Shown here piece by piece: positions 9,697-19,241 of a DNA stretch of 64,000 nt. Location of the stretch: positions 12,870 through 76,869 of the forward strand of contig DASRMR010000020.1 of the NCBI GenBank assembly GCA_035647815.1, written 5' to 3'. The notes under the pieces were generated by a model. That model was given only the letters and a program-made list of their open reading frames with translations, did no database searches and had not been told where the DNA came from. This DNA is from Syntrophomonadaceae bacterium (lineage in GTDB: Bacteria > Bacillota > Syntrophomonadia > Syntrophomonadales > Syntrophomonadaceae). Numbering within the stretch: the stretch's first letter is position 1; every line of letters begins with the position of its first letter. The position numbers and the translations under genes are program-made.

Positions 9697-10257
9697 GTGA
9701 GAGTAATTGCAGGATCAGCAAAAAATAGAAAACTAAAAGCACCATCGGGTCAAGACACTAGACCTATAACTAGTATGATTAAAGAGGCTCTATTTAATGT
9801 GTTAGGTTCTAAAGTAAATGAGAGTAGCTTTTTGGATTTGTTCGCAGGAAGCGGTAGTGTCGGTATCGAAGCTATAAGCAGAGGTGCTAGTCAGGTATTT
9901 TTTGTAGATAATAGTTATAAAGCTATTAAGGTAATAAAGCATAATTTAGACCATTGCGGTTTTTCTGATAGTGCTGAGGTTTATAAGAATGATGTCTTTA
10001 AGGTATTAGACATACTTAATAAAAAGGCAGTTGTATTCGATATTATTTATATTGATCCACCATTTAATAATTTAGAGATTTTTGATCAAGTTATGTCAGC
10101 GTTAGATAAGAAACCCCAACTACTTGCACCTGATGGGGTTATAATTATTAGAAGCCAACGCCAGCAGAGCTTGCCAGATCAATATATTAATTTAGTTAAA
10201 AGCAGATTAGGCAAATATGGTGAGTCGGTTTTACATTATTATATTTTTAAATTATAG
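9697..10257 (+). CDS. rsmD: 16S rRNA (guanine966-N2)-methyltransferase RsmD
   Basis: (M/V)RVIAGSAKNRKLKAP..., LDLFAGSGSVGIEAISRGA SAM motif and DPPF motif. AAGGAG precedes GTG 9697, and the ORF-track extension upstream is unlikely to be real. Confidence 0.88.
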   Translation: MRVIAGSAKNRKLKAPSGQDTRPITSMIKEALFNVLGSKVNESSFLDLFAGSGSVGIEAISRGASQVFFVDNSYKAIKVIKHNLDHCGFSDSAEVYKNDVFKVLDILNKKAVVFDIIYIDPPFNNLEIFDQVMSALDKKPQLLAPDGVIIIRSQRQQSLPDQYINLVKSRLGKYGESVLHYYIFKL

Positions 10258-10272
10258 GAGGTATTTCGGCTG

Positions 10273-10737
10273 ATGATGGAAATTTTTCGTATTCTCGATG
10301 AGTTAGAACTGATGATAAAAGATGGTAAAAAAGTTCCCTTATCTGGAAAGTCCTTATTAGATGGACATATTATCCTAGAGCGCGTAGATCGTATAAGAGC
10401 AATTTTACCGGAAGAGCTTCATAATGCTAGGCTAATTATTCATGAAAAAGATAGAATTGTAACGGAAGCATGTGCCGAAGCTGATGAGTTCATGGAAGAA
10501 TCAAAAGGGAAAATAGCTCGTCTAGTAGATGAAAGTGAAATTACCAAAAATGCTATGAAAGTTGCAGACGAAATTATATTTAAGTCAGAACATGTAGCTA
10601 AGGAGATTCGCCGGGATGCTAATGAATATGCGGAAGGTGTATTAGCTCACATGGAAATAGTTCTCACTAAGGGACTTGAAGCAGTCTCAGAGGGAAAAAT
10701 GGAATTACAATATGCTTTAAAAGATGAAGATTACTAA
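10273..10737 (+). CDS. Conserved coiled-coil protein of unknown function
   Basis: 154-aa acidic helical ORF with a GGAGG RBS. It sits where coaD lies in the Bacillus ylb region. No catalytic motif recognised. Confidence 0.6.
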   Translation: MMEIFRILDELELMIKDGKKVPLSGKSLLDGHIILERVDRIRAILPEELHNARLIIHEKDRIVTEACAEADEFMEESKGKIARLVDESEITKNAMKVADEIIFKSEHVAKEIRRDANEYAEGVLAHMEIVLTKGLEAVSEGKMELQYALKDEDY

Positions 10738-11897
10738 TCTCTTATTATGCATGATATTATTATTAATAATATCATGATACAAAACCCGATTACTAATGAC
10801 ATAATGGAAAAAGTCCAAGCATCGAAACCATATAATATTTTATAGTATGGTATTGAAAATGTTAGTATAGTTTCTTTGGGATAGAGGAAAATCGAGTAAC
10901 CAACATAAGTAATAATTGCTGATAGCCCCATTTGCAAAAACCTAGATTTTAGGTAAAAAGATAGCCTTACAGGGATAGTAGAGACAACACTCATTATTTG
11001 ACTAATGATGGATAATCCACTAAAACCGAGTAAAATGCTAACTATTAATAATTTAATGATTATTTCACTATTAGCAATTGCTACTGTATTAGCACCTATA
11101 GTTATTTCAAATATTCCCATTCCTAGCCCATATGCTACGGGATAGGGAATATTTAGAAATGGTGTGAAATTATTTAAAAACAATGCGAAAACATCAATGA
11201 CTCCCCATATAACAAACATCCGGGTTAAAACTGAAAAAAAGATTATAAAGCCTGCAATAGCTAGAATGTTGTTTAGGCTATTTTTTATGGCATCACCTAA
11301 TAGTTTTCCAATTCCACCAGTTGGGCTAGCTAATAATTCTAGGAAGGCTTCCTTAACAGTAGTTTTTCCAACAGTAGGTCTTATCGGGTCTGTCGCCGAA
11401 AATCTTCCTAAAAAACCTACTAACAGATTAGCTATGTAGTGAGAGGCAGCTAATAAATACCCACAGGCAGGCGATCCGAACATCCCTATTCCGACAGCAC
11501 CAATAATAAATAAAGGGCTAGAATTATTAGTAAAAGCGACTAGTCGTTCTGTTTCGTTAGCAGTCAGCATTTTTTCTTCATATAGTTTTTTGCTAAGGAT
11601 AGCCCCGACTGGAAAACCTGAAGTAAAGCCCATTACTACTACTAATGAACTAGAGCCAGGCAACCTAAATAAGGGCCTCATTATCGGCTCTAAAATTACC
11701 CCGATAAATCTAACTAATCCGATACTAACTATTAGTTCTGCAACAATAAAAAAAGGGACTAGGGAAGGTATTAAAATGGTATACCATAAATTAAAACCAC
11801 TTGCAGCAGCATTAACTGTTTCACTTGGGTTTATAATCATAAAAAAAGCTAATATTAATATTATAATTAGGAAAAAAAGGTTACTATATATTTTCAT
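10734..11897 (-). CDS. ylbJ: Sporulation integral membrane protein YlbJ (nucleoside-recognition-domain membrane protein)
   Basis: About 387-aa polytopic membrane protein in ylbJ synteny (between rsmD and the patatin/ylbK-like gene). Start taken at MKIYSNLFF after GGAGAG. Confidence 0.7.
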   Translation of the reverse strand: MKIYSNLFFLIIILILAFFMIINPSETVNAAASGFNLWYTILIPSLVPFFIVAELIVSIGLVRFIGVILEPIMRPLFRLPGSSSLVVVMGFTSGFPVGAILSKKLYEEKMLTANETERLVAFTNNSSPLFIIGAVGIGMFGSPACGYLLAASHYIANLLVGFLGRFSATDPIRPTVGKTTVKEAFLELLASPTGGIGKLLGDAIKNSLNNILAIAGFIIFFSVLTRMFVIWGVIDVFALFLNNFTPFLNIPYPVAYGLGMGIFEITIGANTVAIANSEIIIKLLIVSILLGFSGLSIISQIMSVVSTIPVRLSFYLKSRFLQMGLSAIITYVGYSIFLYPKETILTFSIPYYKILYGFDAWTFSIMSLVIGFCIMILLIIISCIIRD

Positions 11898-11986
11898 ATT
11901 TCTCTCCATTATTAATCATATAAATATTTATATGTAATTTAGGATGAGAGTTAGAAGTAATTGTACTATTTAGAGGAGGTGACAAA

Positions 11987-12775
11987 ATGGAGGTTAAACC
12001 TAAAATAGGTTTAGTGCTAGGAGCAGGAAGTGCACGCGGGTTAGCACATATAGGAGTTTTACAAGTTTTTGAAGAAAACAATATCCCTTTTGATTTTATT
12101 GTCGGTTGTAGTATGGGCGCAATGGTCGGTGGTATTTATGCTTGTGGGACTAATCTGCAGATTTTAGATAAAATGATTGAATCAATGAACCATAATCTTT
12201 TGTATGATGTTCAAGTACCTAGGTTAGGTTTTATTGCTGGGAAAAAGATTAGTGCTTTTTTAGAGTTGATGACTAAGAAAAAGGAATTTGACGATTTAAT
12301 AATACCTATGAGCATTATTGCTACTGATCTTATAAGAGGTGAAAAAGTAATTATAGAGGAGGGTTTACTAGCAGAAGCAATTAGGGCTAGTATCTCAATC
12401 CCGGGGGTTTTTCATCCGATTAAAAAAGATGATATGGTATTAGTTGATGGTGCAGTAATCGACCGTTTACCCATAGATGTAGCTCGAGAAAAAGGTGCAG
12501 ATATTATTATTGCGGTTGATGTTACTTTTGGGGAAGGGAAAAAGGTGGTTATTAATAACACACTAGATGTTATTATGACTTCCTTAGATATTATGCAAAA
12601 AGAACAATTTGATATAATAAGTTCTTCTGTGGATATCTTAATTCAACCTAAAGTGGGAGGTTTTTCTTCCCGAAGTTTCGATTGTTCACGTGATTTAATA
12701 GATTTGGGCAGAGAGGCTGCAGAAGATAAATTAGAAGAAATATTAGCCAAGATTTCGGGGTATCCTAATTTATAA
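11987..12775 (+). CDS. Patatin-like phospholipase (YlbK-like)
   Basis: GxGxxG oxyanion motif GAGSARG, GCSMG nucleophile elbow (GxSxG), and DGA/DGG catalytic Asp (VDGAVIDRLP). Confidence 0.88.
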   Translation: MEVKPKIGLVLGAGSARGLAHIGVLQVFEENNIPFDFIVGCSMGAMVGGIYACGTNLQILDKMIESMNHNLLYDVQVPRLGFIAGKKISAFLELMTKKKEFDDLIIPMSIIATDLIRGEKVIIEEGLLAEAIRASISIPGVFHPIKKDDMVLVDGAVIDRLPIDVAREKGADIIIAVDVTFGEGKKVVINNTLDVIMTSLDIMQKEQFDIISSSVDILIQPKVGGFSSRSFDCSRDLIDLGREAAEDKLEEILAKISGYPNL

Positions 12776-14017
12776 ATCTCTAATAGGTGATGTGGTGAAA
12801 TCTGCTCCACCTATTCTTTGCTTATAGTTAGGGTAAAATAAATTATAAAGATTAGTAGACATCACATCTAGTTTAATCATTTGTTTTGCAGGGGTGCCTT
12901 GCTGGTTGTAAATAGCTTTAACATCTTTCCCACGGTTTAGTACTGGGATTTTAGAATTTCGATTTATCTTTTCTAAAATTTTTATACCTCGTTTATTAAA
13001 TCCTAATACATGATGATACATAGGACCAAAACTATCTAATTGTTCAGTTTGATCTTTAGTTAAATTAAAAAGTGAATAAAGTAGGATGCGATTAATTCTA
13101 GTAAGACTATATCTTCTAGATTTAATAGCTAGTTTTAGTTCTTCGAGATTAGTACTAACTATTGATTTATCTATTATTCGAGATTCTAGACCTTCAGTGA
13201 CATCATGAAGTTTTTCGACTTCTTCTTTATCCATAGTACGCAATTTAGATAAAATTGCATTTTCGAAATTATCTAGACTAATAGGTGTTCGTCCTGTTTC
13301 AATTTCCTTTTTTAATATCTGGCTAGAGGATAATGGTAAGGCATATGATATTTCACTTAAGGGTTGCTTTTTATATAGTGCATTACGAATAGCACTAGCA
13401 CTAGCATATTTACTTAATTCCTTATTATGGTAATCAGCACCTTTACGTTTTATGGTGATAGGTAAAATTGACGAGTTCAATTCTGCTAATACTCTTAAAT
13501 ATTCGATAGCTAAAATATTATTAGATCCTTTGAGGAATACTTCAATAGAGGGGTTATCTAGATACTTTTGTAATGATTCAGAACGTGCTACTGGATAACT
13601 TAGACCTTTGTCTAATAAGTTTTTCAAAATAGATTTATATTGATCAGGCTCATTATTAAGGAGTGTAGCAACTTTATTTAAAGTCGTAATATTATTACTT
13701 TCACTAGCAAAAGCTAAGTGAGTAACTACGCCCGTATGTTCAAGTAATTGAATAGCACCTTTGGCGAAATTATAGGCACTACGGCTAGCAAAACAAAATG
13801 GTAACTCTATAATCAAGTCTACACCGCTTAGTAGTGCCATTTGGGCACGTGACCATTTATTACAAATAGCAGGTTCACCCCTTTGGGTAAAACTACCACT
13901 CATGACACAGATGACTGCTGCGAAATTGTGTTGTGATTGGACCTTTTCAATAAGCTTAAGATGTCCATTATGGAATGGATTAAATTCAGCTACTACGCCT
14001 AAAACTGCCATATTCAT
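12770..14017 (-). CDS. tmcAL: tRNA(Met) cytidine acetate ligase (UPF0348 / YlbM family nucleotidyltransferase)
   Basis: N-terminal VVAEFNPFHNGH (HxGH nucleotidyltransferase motif), about 415 aa, and ylbM synteny. Confidence 0.8.
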   Translation of the reverse strand: MNMAVLGVVAEFNPFHNGHLKLIEKVQSQHNFAAVICVMSGSFTQRGEPAICNKWSRAQMALLSGVDLIIELPFCFASRSAYNFAKGAIQLLEHTGVVTHLAFASESNNITTLNKVATLLNNEPDQYKSILKNLLDKGLSYPVARSESLQKYLDNPSIEVFLKGSNNILAIEYLRVLAELNSSILPITIKRKGADYHNKELSKYASASAIRNALYKKQPLSEISYALPLSSSQILKKEIETGRTPISLDNFENAILSKLRTMDKEEVEKLHDVTEGLESRIIDKSIVSTNLEELKLAIKSRRYSLTRINRILLYSLFNLTKDQTEQLDSFGPMYHHVLGFNKRGIKILEKINRNSKIPVLNRGKDVKAIYNQQGTPAKQMIKLDVMSTNLYNLFYPNYKQRIGGADFTTSPIRDL

Positions 14018-14134
14018 AGCCTCCTTACATTTGGAATACTAACATAAATTATACCACTATATTATATTTTTATGCTAGAATGGATAGGTACATCGTGAAA
14101 GATACGGAGTGTTTAAGAAAGAGGAGGTAGAGGG

Positions 14135-15127
14135 ATGAGTTTATTGTTAGAGATTCGGGAGAAGGCTGCCTTGAAAGGCAAGACTATAGTCTTACCCGAA
14201 GGATTAGAAGAAAGAACTTTAATGGCAGTGAAGGAAATGGTAAGTAACAAGATTGCTATTCCTATTTTACTTGGAGATGAAGTTGAGATTAGGGCATTAG
14301 CAAGTAAAATTGGGGCAGATATTTCTGGTGCTGAGATTGTTAACCCGGTTAAGGCAACTTATTTTGATGATTTTGTACAAGCTTTTTATGAAATGCGTAA
14401 GCATAAAGGTATTGATCTTGATAAGGCTAAGGATACCATGTTAAATCCTTTATATTTTGCGTCTATGATGGTTAAAATGGAAAAGGCTGATGGTGAAGTA
14501 GCAGGAGCTATCAATACTACAGGCAATGTTTTAAGACCTGCTTTACAAATTATCAAAACTGCACCTGGTATTTCTGCTGTGTCTGGTGCATTTATAATGA
14601 TTGTACCTAACTCTGATTTTGGTGATAAAGGAACATTTGTGTTTGCTGATTGTGCAGTAACTCCTGTACCGACTGCAGAACAGATGGCTGAATTTGCTAT
14701 GACTTCGGTTGGAACAGCAACTGACATATGTGGAATGACTGATCCTAAAGTTGGTATGCTTTCCTTTTCTACTAAAGGTAGTGCCAGTCATGATGTAGTA
14801 GATAAAGTAACTTCTGCAGTTACTATTGCTCAAGAAAGATTTCCTGAGTTAAAAGTTGATGGGGAATTCCAAGTTGATTCAGCTATAGTACCTAGTGTTG
14901 GTTCATCTAAAGCTCCAGGTAGTGCAGTTGCAGGTGAATGTAATGTTTTGGTGTTTCCTGATCTTCAGTCAGGCAATATTGGATATAAATTAGTACAACG
15001 GCTAGCTAAAGCTGAAGCAATAGGACCTATTTTGCAAGGTATGGATAAACCTGTTAATGATTTATCTAGAGGTTGTAGTGTAGAGGATATAATCAATGTA
15101 GTTGCTATGACTGCACTGAAAGCTTAG
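14135..15127 (+). CDS. pta: Phosphate acetyltransferase
   Basis: 330-aa PTA_PTB-type protein (IVLPEG...ER, ADCAV, SRGCS motifs) immediately upstream of ackA. Confidence 0.93.
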   Translation: MSLLLEIREKAALKGKTIVLPEGLEERTLMAVKEMVSNKIAIPILLGDEVEIRALASKIGADISGAEIVNPVKATYFDDFVQAFYEMRKHKGIDLDKAKDTMLNPLYFASMMVKMEKADGEVAGAINTTGNVLRPALQIIKTAPGISAVSGAFIMIVPNSDFGDKGTFVFADCAVTPVPTAEQMAEFAMTSVGTATDICGMTDPKVGMLSFSTKGSASHDVVDKVTSAVTIAQERFPELKVDGEFQVDSAIVPSVGSSKAPGSAVAGECNVLVFPDLQSGNIGYKLVQRLAKAEAIGPILQGMDKPVNDLSRGCSVEDIINVVAMTALKA

Positions 15128-15196
15128 ATTTTGTTCGGGGTGAAAGAAGACTATGGTCTTAAAAATAATATTTAGAAAAATGGGGAGGGCTTGAAT

Positions 15197-16390
15197 ATGA
15201 AGGTTTTAGTAGTAAATGCTGGGAGTTCATCAATTAAGTATCAAGTATTTAACATGGATGATGAATCGGTATTAGCTAAAGGTCTAGTTGATCGGGTAGG
15301 TATTCCTGGAACTACGTTAGAGCATAAACCTATGGATAAAGATGAAGTAGTAATTAAAAAGGATTTACCAGATCATACAGCAGGTATCGAATTAGTGTTA
15401 GGTGCACTAGTTCACGAAGAATATGGAGTAATGAAAAGCATGGACGAGATAGGTGCAGTAGGTCACCGTGTTGTTCATGGTGGGGAAGAATTTGCTAGCT
15501 CCGTATTAATAGATGATAATGTAATAAAAGTTATTAAAGATTGTTTTGATATTGCTCCTTTACATAATCCTCCTAATTTAATGGGGATTGAAGCATGTCA
15601 GAAACTTATGCCTAATGTACCACATGTAGCAGTTTTTGATACTGCTTTCCATCAAACTATGGAACCAGAAGATTATTTATATGCTCTACCATATGAAGCA
15701 TATGAAAAATATCATGTTAGAAGATATGGATTCCATGGAACATCTCATGCTTTTGTTTCCCAGCGTGCGGCTGAAATGTTAGGAAAACCTTATGAAGAAT
15801 GTAAAATAATAACTTTGCACCTAGGAAATGGTGCTAGTATGGCAGCAATTAAAGGTGGTAAAGTTATTGATACTTCTATGGGCTTTACCCCATTAGAAGG
15901 TTTAGTAATGGGAACGAGATCTGGTGATATTGACCCTGCCATTGTATTCTTTTTGATGGAAAAACTAGACATGAATGCACAGGAAGCTAACAATTATTTT
16001 AATAAAAAGTCTGGCATGTTAGGGTTATCAGGAGTTTCTAATGATTTAAGAGATATTTTAGAAGCAGCTAATTCTGGTAATGAAAGGGCTAAGTTATCCC
16101 TAGAAGTATATTATAATAGAGTTAGAGGTTACATTGGGAAATACATGGCTAAACTAAATGGTTGTGATTGCTTAGTATTTACTGCTGGTGTAGGTGAAAA
16201 TGGTTATGATGTACGGGAGAATATTTGCACTGGCTTAGATTTCTTCGGTATTGATATGGATACTGAAAAGAATAAGGTTAGGGGTAAAGAGGTAGATGTA
16301 GCTACAGATGATTCTCCAGTAAGAATTTTAGTTATTCCTACTAATGAAGAACTAGTTATTGCACGCGATACTCTTAATTTAAGCAAATAG
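15197..16390 (+). CDS. ackA: Acetate kinase
   Basis: MKVLVVNAGSSSIKYQ, GHRVVHGG, RRYGFHGTSH and VFTAGVGEN signatures. GGGGAGGG RBS lies 7 nt before ATG 15197. Confidence 0.96.
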   Translation: MKVLVVNAGSSSIKYQVFNMDDESVLAKGLVDRVGIPGTTLEHKPMDKDEVVIKKDLPDHTAGIELVLGALVHEEYGVMKSMDEIGAVGHRVVHGGEEFASSVLIDDNVIKVIKDCFDIAPLHNPPNLMGIEACQKLMPNVPHVAVFDTAFHQTMEPEDYLYALPYEAYEKYHVRRYGFHGTSHAFVSQRAAEMLGKPYEECKIITLHLGNGASMAAIKGGKVIDTSMGFTPLEGLVMGTRSGDIDPAIVFFLMEKLDMNAQEANNYFNKKSGMLGLSGVSNDLRDILEAANSGNERAKLSLEVYYNRVRGYIGKYMAKLNGCDCLVFTAGVGENGYDVRENICTGLDFFGIDMDTEKNKVRGKEVDVATDDSPVRILVIPTNEELVIARDTLNLSK

Positions 16391-16397
16391 AGACAAA

Positions 16398-16431
16398 CTA
16401 ATCTAGGCGAGAAAGTTCTCGCTTAGATTAG
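16398..16431 (+). terminator. Terminator after ackA
   Basis: CTAATCTAGGCGAGAA-AG-TTCTCGCTTAGATTAG long stem with one wobble pair. The T-tract is weak. Confidence 0.6.
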
Positions 16432-16455
16432 CTTTAAGTCTAAATTACTCATTAG

Positions 16456-16485
16456 TTGACAATAATATCTCTAGAGTACTATAAT
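16456..16485 (+). promoter_or_regulatory. Sigma-A promoter of the yceD-rpmF operon
   Basis: Consensus TTGACA (16456-16461), an 18-nt spacer, then consensus TATAAT (16480-16485). It lies inside the ORF-track extension of yceD, which argues for the downstream start. Confidence 0.7.
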
Positions 16486-16500
16486 AATTCAGGTGTTTTT

Positions 16501-17019
16501 ATGGGGTGTAACATGTTTATAGATTTAAAAGATTTGAAATCACAGTTGATAAAAATTGAACAATATAGTGTAGAAACGAATTTGTCAGATGAATTACTTG
16601 AAGATCTGGGAGGCCGTTTTCTGGAAAAATGTAAGGCAGGTCTAACTGTTGAAAGAACAGGTAGGTTATATCTAGGCAATGGTATTGCCGAAACTAAAGT
16701 ACAACTTCCCTGTTCGAGGTGTTTAAAAAACTCTCCTTATCTAATTAAGACAGAATTTACTTTTTCATTAGCAGAATCTATTTATGAATCTGAATTTACT
16801 GAAGAAGAGACGGATATTATGTTTTTCCATGATACTCGAGTTGACATTAAACCTATAGTTCAAGAAATGATTTTACTTCATCTTCCCATGCGTATGCTTT
16901 GTCGAAAAGATTGTCAAGGTTTATGTGTTATATGTGGTGTAGATAAAAATAATGAAAAATGCACCTGCAAGGTGGATGAAATTGATCCGCGGTGGGAGAA
17001 ACTTAAAGATTTACAATAA
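16501..17019 (+). CDS. yceD: DUF177 protein YceD (large-subunit rRNA accumulation protein)
   Basis: Cys clusters CSRC...CRKDCQGLCVICG and a position directly upstream of rpmF. Start is ATG 16501 (AGGTG RBS) or ATG 16513. Confidence 0.8.
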   Translation: MGCNMFIDLKDLKSQLIKIEQYSVETNLSDELLEDLGGRFLEKCKAGLTVERTGRLYLGNGIAETKVQLPCSRCLKNSPYLIKTEFTFSLAESIYESEFTEEETDIMFFHDTRVDIKPIVQEMILLHLPMRMLCRKDCQGLCVICGVDKNNEKCTCKVDEIDPRWEKLKDLQ

Positions 17020-17039
17020 GGTAAGGAGGTTTGAAAAAA

Positions 17040-17210
17040 ATGGCTGTTCCAAAGAAAAGACACTCACATTCTCGAACTAATAAAAGGCGTTCTCAATGGA
17101 GAAAAATTAACCAACCTGGTTTAGTTGAATGCCCACAATGCCGAGAGTTAAGTATGCCTCATCGTGCATGTTTAAATTGTGGATACTACAAAGGTCGCAA
17201 AGTAATGTAA
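17040..17210 (+). CDS. rpmF: 50S ribosomal protein L32
   Basis: Not in the ORF track (56 aa). MAVPKKRHSHSRTNKRRSQW...CPQC...CLNCGYYKGRKV with an AAGGAGG RBS. Confidence 0.95.
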   Translation: MAVPKKRHSHSRTNKRRSQWRKINQPGLVECPQCRELSMPHRACLNCGYYKGRKVM

Positions 17211-17293
17211 TTTTTAAATTATAGTAATAATCCAAAAAGTAAGTGAAGTCAATGCGACTATTAACTTACTTTTTGTTTTTAAGGAGGTTTATT

Positions 17294-18250
17294 GTGCGTA
17301 TAGCTATAGATACGATGGGTTCAGATCGAGGACCTCAGGAGATAATAGCTGGAGCTTTAAGATGGGTTGAGGGAAAAGAAAATAATATATTTTTAGTAGG
17401 TCCAATTCAAACCATACAGGAAGAATTAGAAAAATATGATTATGATTCTTCCCGAGTTAATATTGTTGAAGCTAATCAGGTTATTGAGATGAATGAATCG
17501 CCTGCTCTAGCCTTAAGAAGGAAAAAAGATGCCTCAATTGCAGTTGCAACCAAATTAGTGAAAGATGATATTGCTGATGCAGTTCTTTCCTGTGGTAGTA
17601 CAGGAGGACAGATGGCGGCTGCGATTTTCATCTTAGGTCGTATAAAAGGTATCCAAAGACCTCCTATTGTAGCAGATATTCCTAGAATTGATGATGGTTA
17701 TACTCTTTTAATGGATGTTGGTGCTAATGTTGACTGTAAAGCAGAACAACTATTGCAGTTTGCTTTATTAGGCAATGTATATAGTAAGAGTATATTAGGG
17801 GTAGATAATCCTCGTATTGCATTATTAAACAATGGCGAGGAAGAAAATAAAGGCAACAATCTAAGTTTAGAAACATATAATCTGTTACGAGAACAAAACG
17901 CTCTAAATTTCATAGGTAATATAGAAGGTCGAGATATACTAAACCCAATTGCTGATGTCATAATATGTGATGGCTTTGTAGGTAATGTAGTGCTTAAAAC
18001 TATCGAGGGTGTAGTTAGATTAATTGCAGAAGGGGTTAATAATGAAATAGGGAAAATACCTGACTTTTTCCATAAATTAGATTATTCTCAGGTAGGTGGA
18101 GCACCATTGCTAGGAGTGAGTGGAGTAAGTATCGTTTGCCATGGTAGTTCTAGTAGTGAAGCAGTTTATAACGGGTTGAATGTTGCCCAACAATGTCATG
18201 TTAATAAGTTGGTTTCTTTACAACAGGAGGAATTGCTTAAGTTAGTATAA
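17294..18250 (+). CDS. plsX: Phosphate acyltransferase PlsX
   Basis: (V)RIAIDTMGSDRGP N-terminus and GFVGNVVLKT motif. AAGGAGG precedes GTG 17294. Confidence 0.93.
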   Translation: MRIAIDTMGSDRGPQEIIAGALRWVEGKENNIFLVGPIQTIQEELEKYDYDSSRVNIVEANQVIEMNESPALALRRKKDASIAVATKLVKDDIADAVLSCGSTGGQMAAAIFILGRIKGIQRPPIVADIPRIDDGYTLLMDVGANVDCKAEQLLQFALLGNVYSKSILGVDNPRIALLNNGEEENKGNNLSLETYNLLREQNALNFIGNIEGRDILNPIADVIICDGFVGNVVLKTIEGVVRLIAEGVNNEIGKIPDFFHKLDYSQVGGAPLLGVSGVSIVCHGSSSSEAVYNGLNVAQQCHVNKLVSLQQEELLKLV

Positions 18251-18284
18251 ATGGTATTATAAAGGTAAAAAAGGAGGGATTTTA

Positions 18285-18533
18285 ATGAATGAATTTTTTA
18301 GTTTAGCTCAAAAATATTTAGCTGAACAGTTAAATATTGAAATTGAATTGATTACTATGGAGACTACATTTGAAGATATCAATGCGGATTCGATTGATGT
18401 AGTAGAAATGATCATGGCTTTGGAAGATACTTATGATGCTGAATTTCCCGAAGAAGACCTAGAAGGTTATCCTACCATGGGTGCTTTGATAACAGCTTTG
18501 TTTAATTATTTAGAACAGGTGAAAAATGAGTAA
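18285..18533 (+). CDS. acpP: Acyl carrier protein
   Basis: 82-aa acidic protein with the phosphopantetheine-site motif ADSIDVVEMIMALED and an AAGGAGG RBS. Confidence 0.85.
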   Translation: MNEFFSLAQKYLAEQLNIEIELITMETTFEDINADSIDVVEMIMALEDTYDAEFPEEDLEGYPTMGALITALFNYLEQVKNE

Positions 18534-19236
18534 CGATACTACCTTTGCCCGCAGTTTCTTAGAAGACAATAATTTACAATTTGTTGATGAGGAACTGATG
18601 CACATAGCACTTATGCATCCTTCCTATTCCCAAGAAAAACATGCAGTACATAGTAACCAGAGACTTGAATTTTTAGGTGATGCAGTCCTTAATTTTGTGG
18701 TGGCAGAATATTTATATACTAACTATACAGACCGAGCAGAAGGAGAACTAACTAAGATAAGGGCAAAGGTAGTTTGTGAAAAGGCTTTAGTAAATATTGC
18801 TCGCAATATAAATTTAGGTCGGTATTTACTCTTAGGTAAAGGCGAGGAAATGTCAGGGGGGCGTAAAAGAAAGTCAATTTTAGCTGACACTTTTGAGGCG
18901 GTAATAGGGGCTATTTACTTAGATCAGGGTTTTGAGGTTGTGAAGGCTTATATTATAAAACATATAGAAAAAAGTGTTAGAGAAGCTGCTAGTGGTAATT
19001 ATAATGATTATAAATCGCTCTTACAAGAATATGTGCAAGGTAAGCATGGTCAAAATGTGACTTATAACATTATAGAAGAAAGTGGACCAGCTCATGCCCG
19101 AAACTTTGTAGCAGGTGTATATTATGATAAAAAGTTAATTGCTACTGGATCTGGTAAAAGCAAAAAAGAAGCTGAGCAAGATGCTGCCGAACAAGTTCTA
19201 ACTAGAAATTTATTAGCTCATTTAGTAAAGGATTAG
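18526..19236 (+). CDS. rnc: Ribonuclease III
   Basis: RNase III signature NQRLEFLGDAVL, plus a C-terminal dsRBD (GPAHARNF...GSGKSKKEAEQDAA). Confidence 0.95.
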   Translation: MSNDTTFARSFLEDNNLQFVDEELMHIALMHPSYSQEKHAVHSNQRLEFLGDAVLNFVVAEYLYTNYTDRAEGELTKIRAKVVCEKALVNIARNINLGRYLLLGKGEEMSGGRKRKSILADTFEAVIGAIYLDQGFEVVKAYIIKHIEKSVREAASGNYNDYKSLLQEYVQGKHGQNVTYNIIEESGPAHARNFVAGVYYDKKLIATGSGKSKKEAEQDAAEQVLTRNLLAHLVKD

Positions 19237-19241
19237 GTGAA

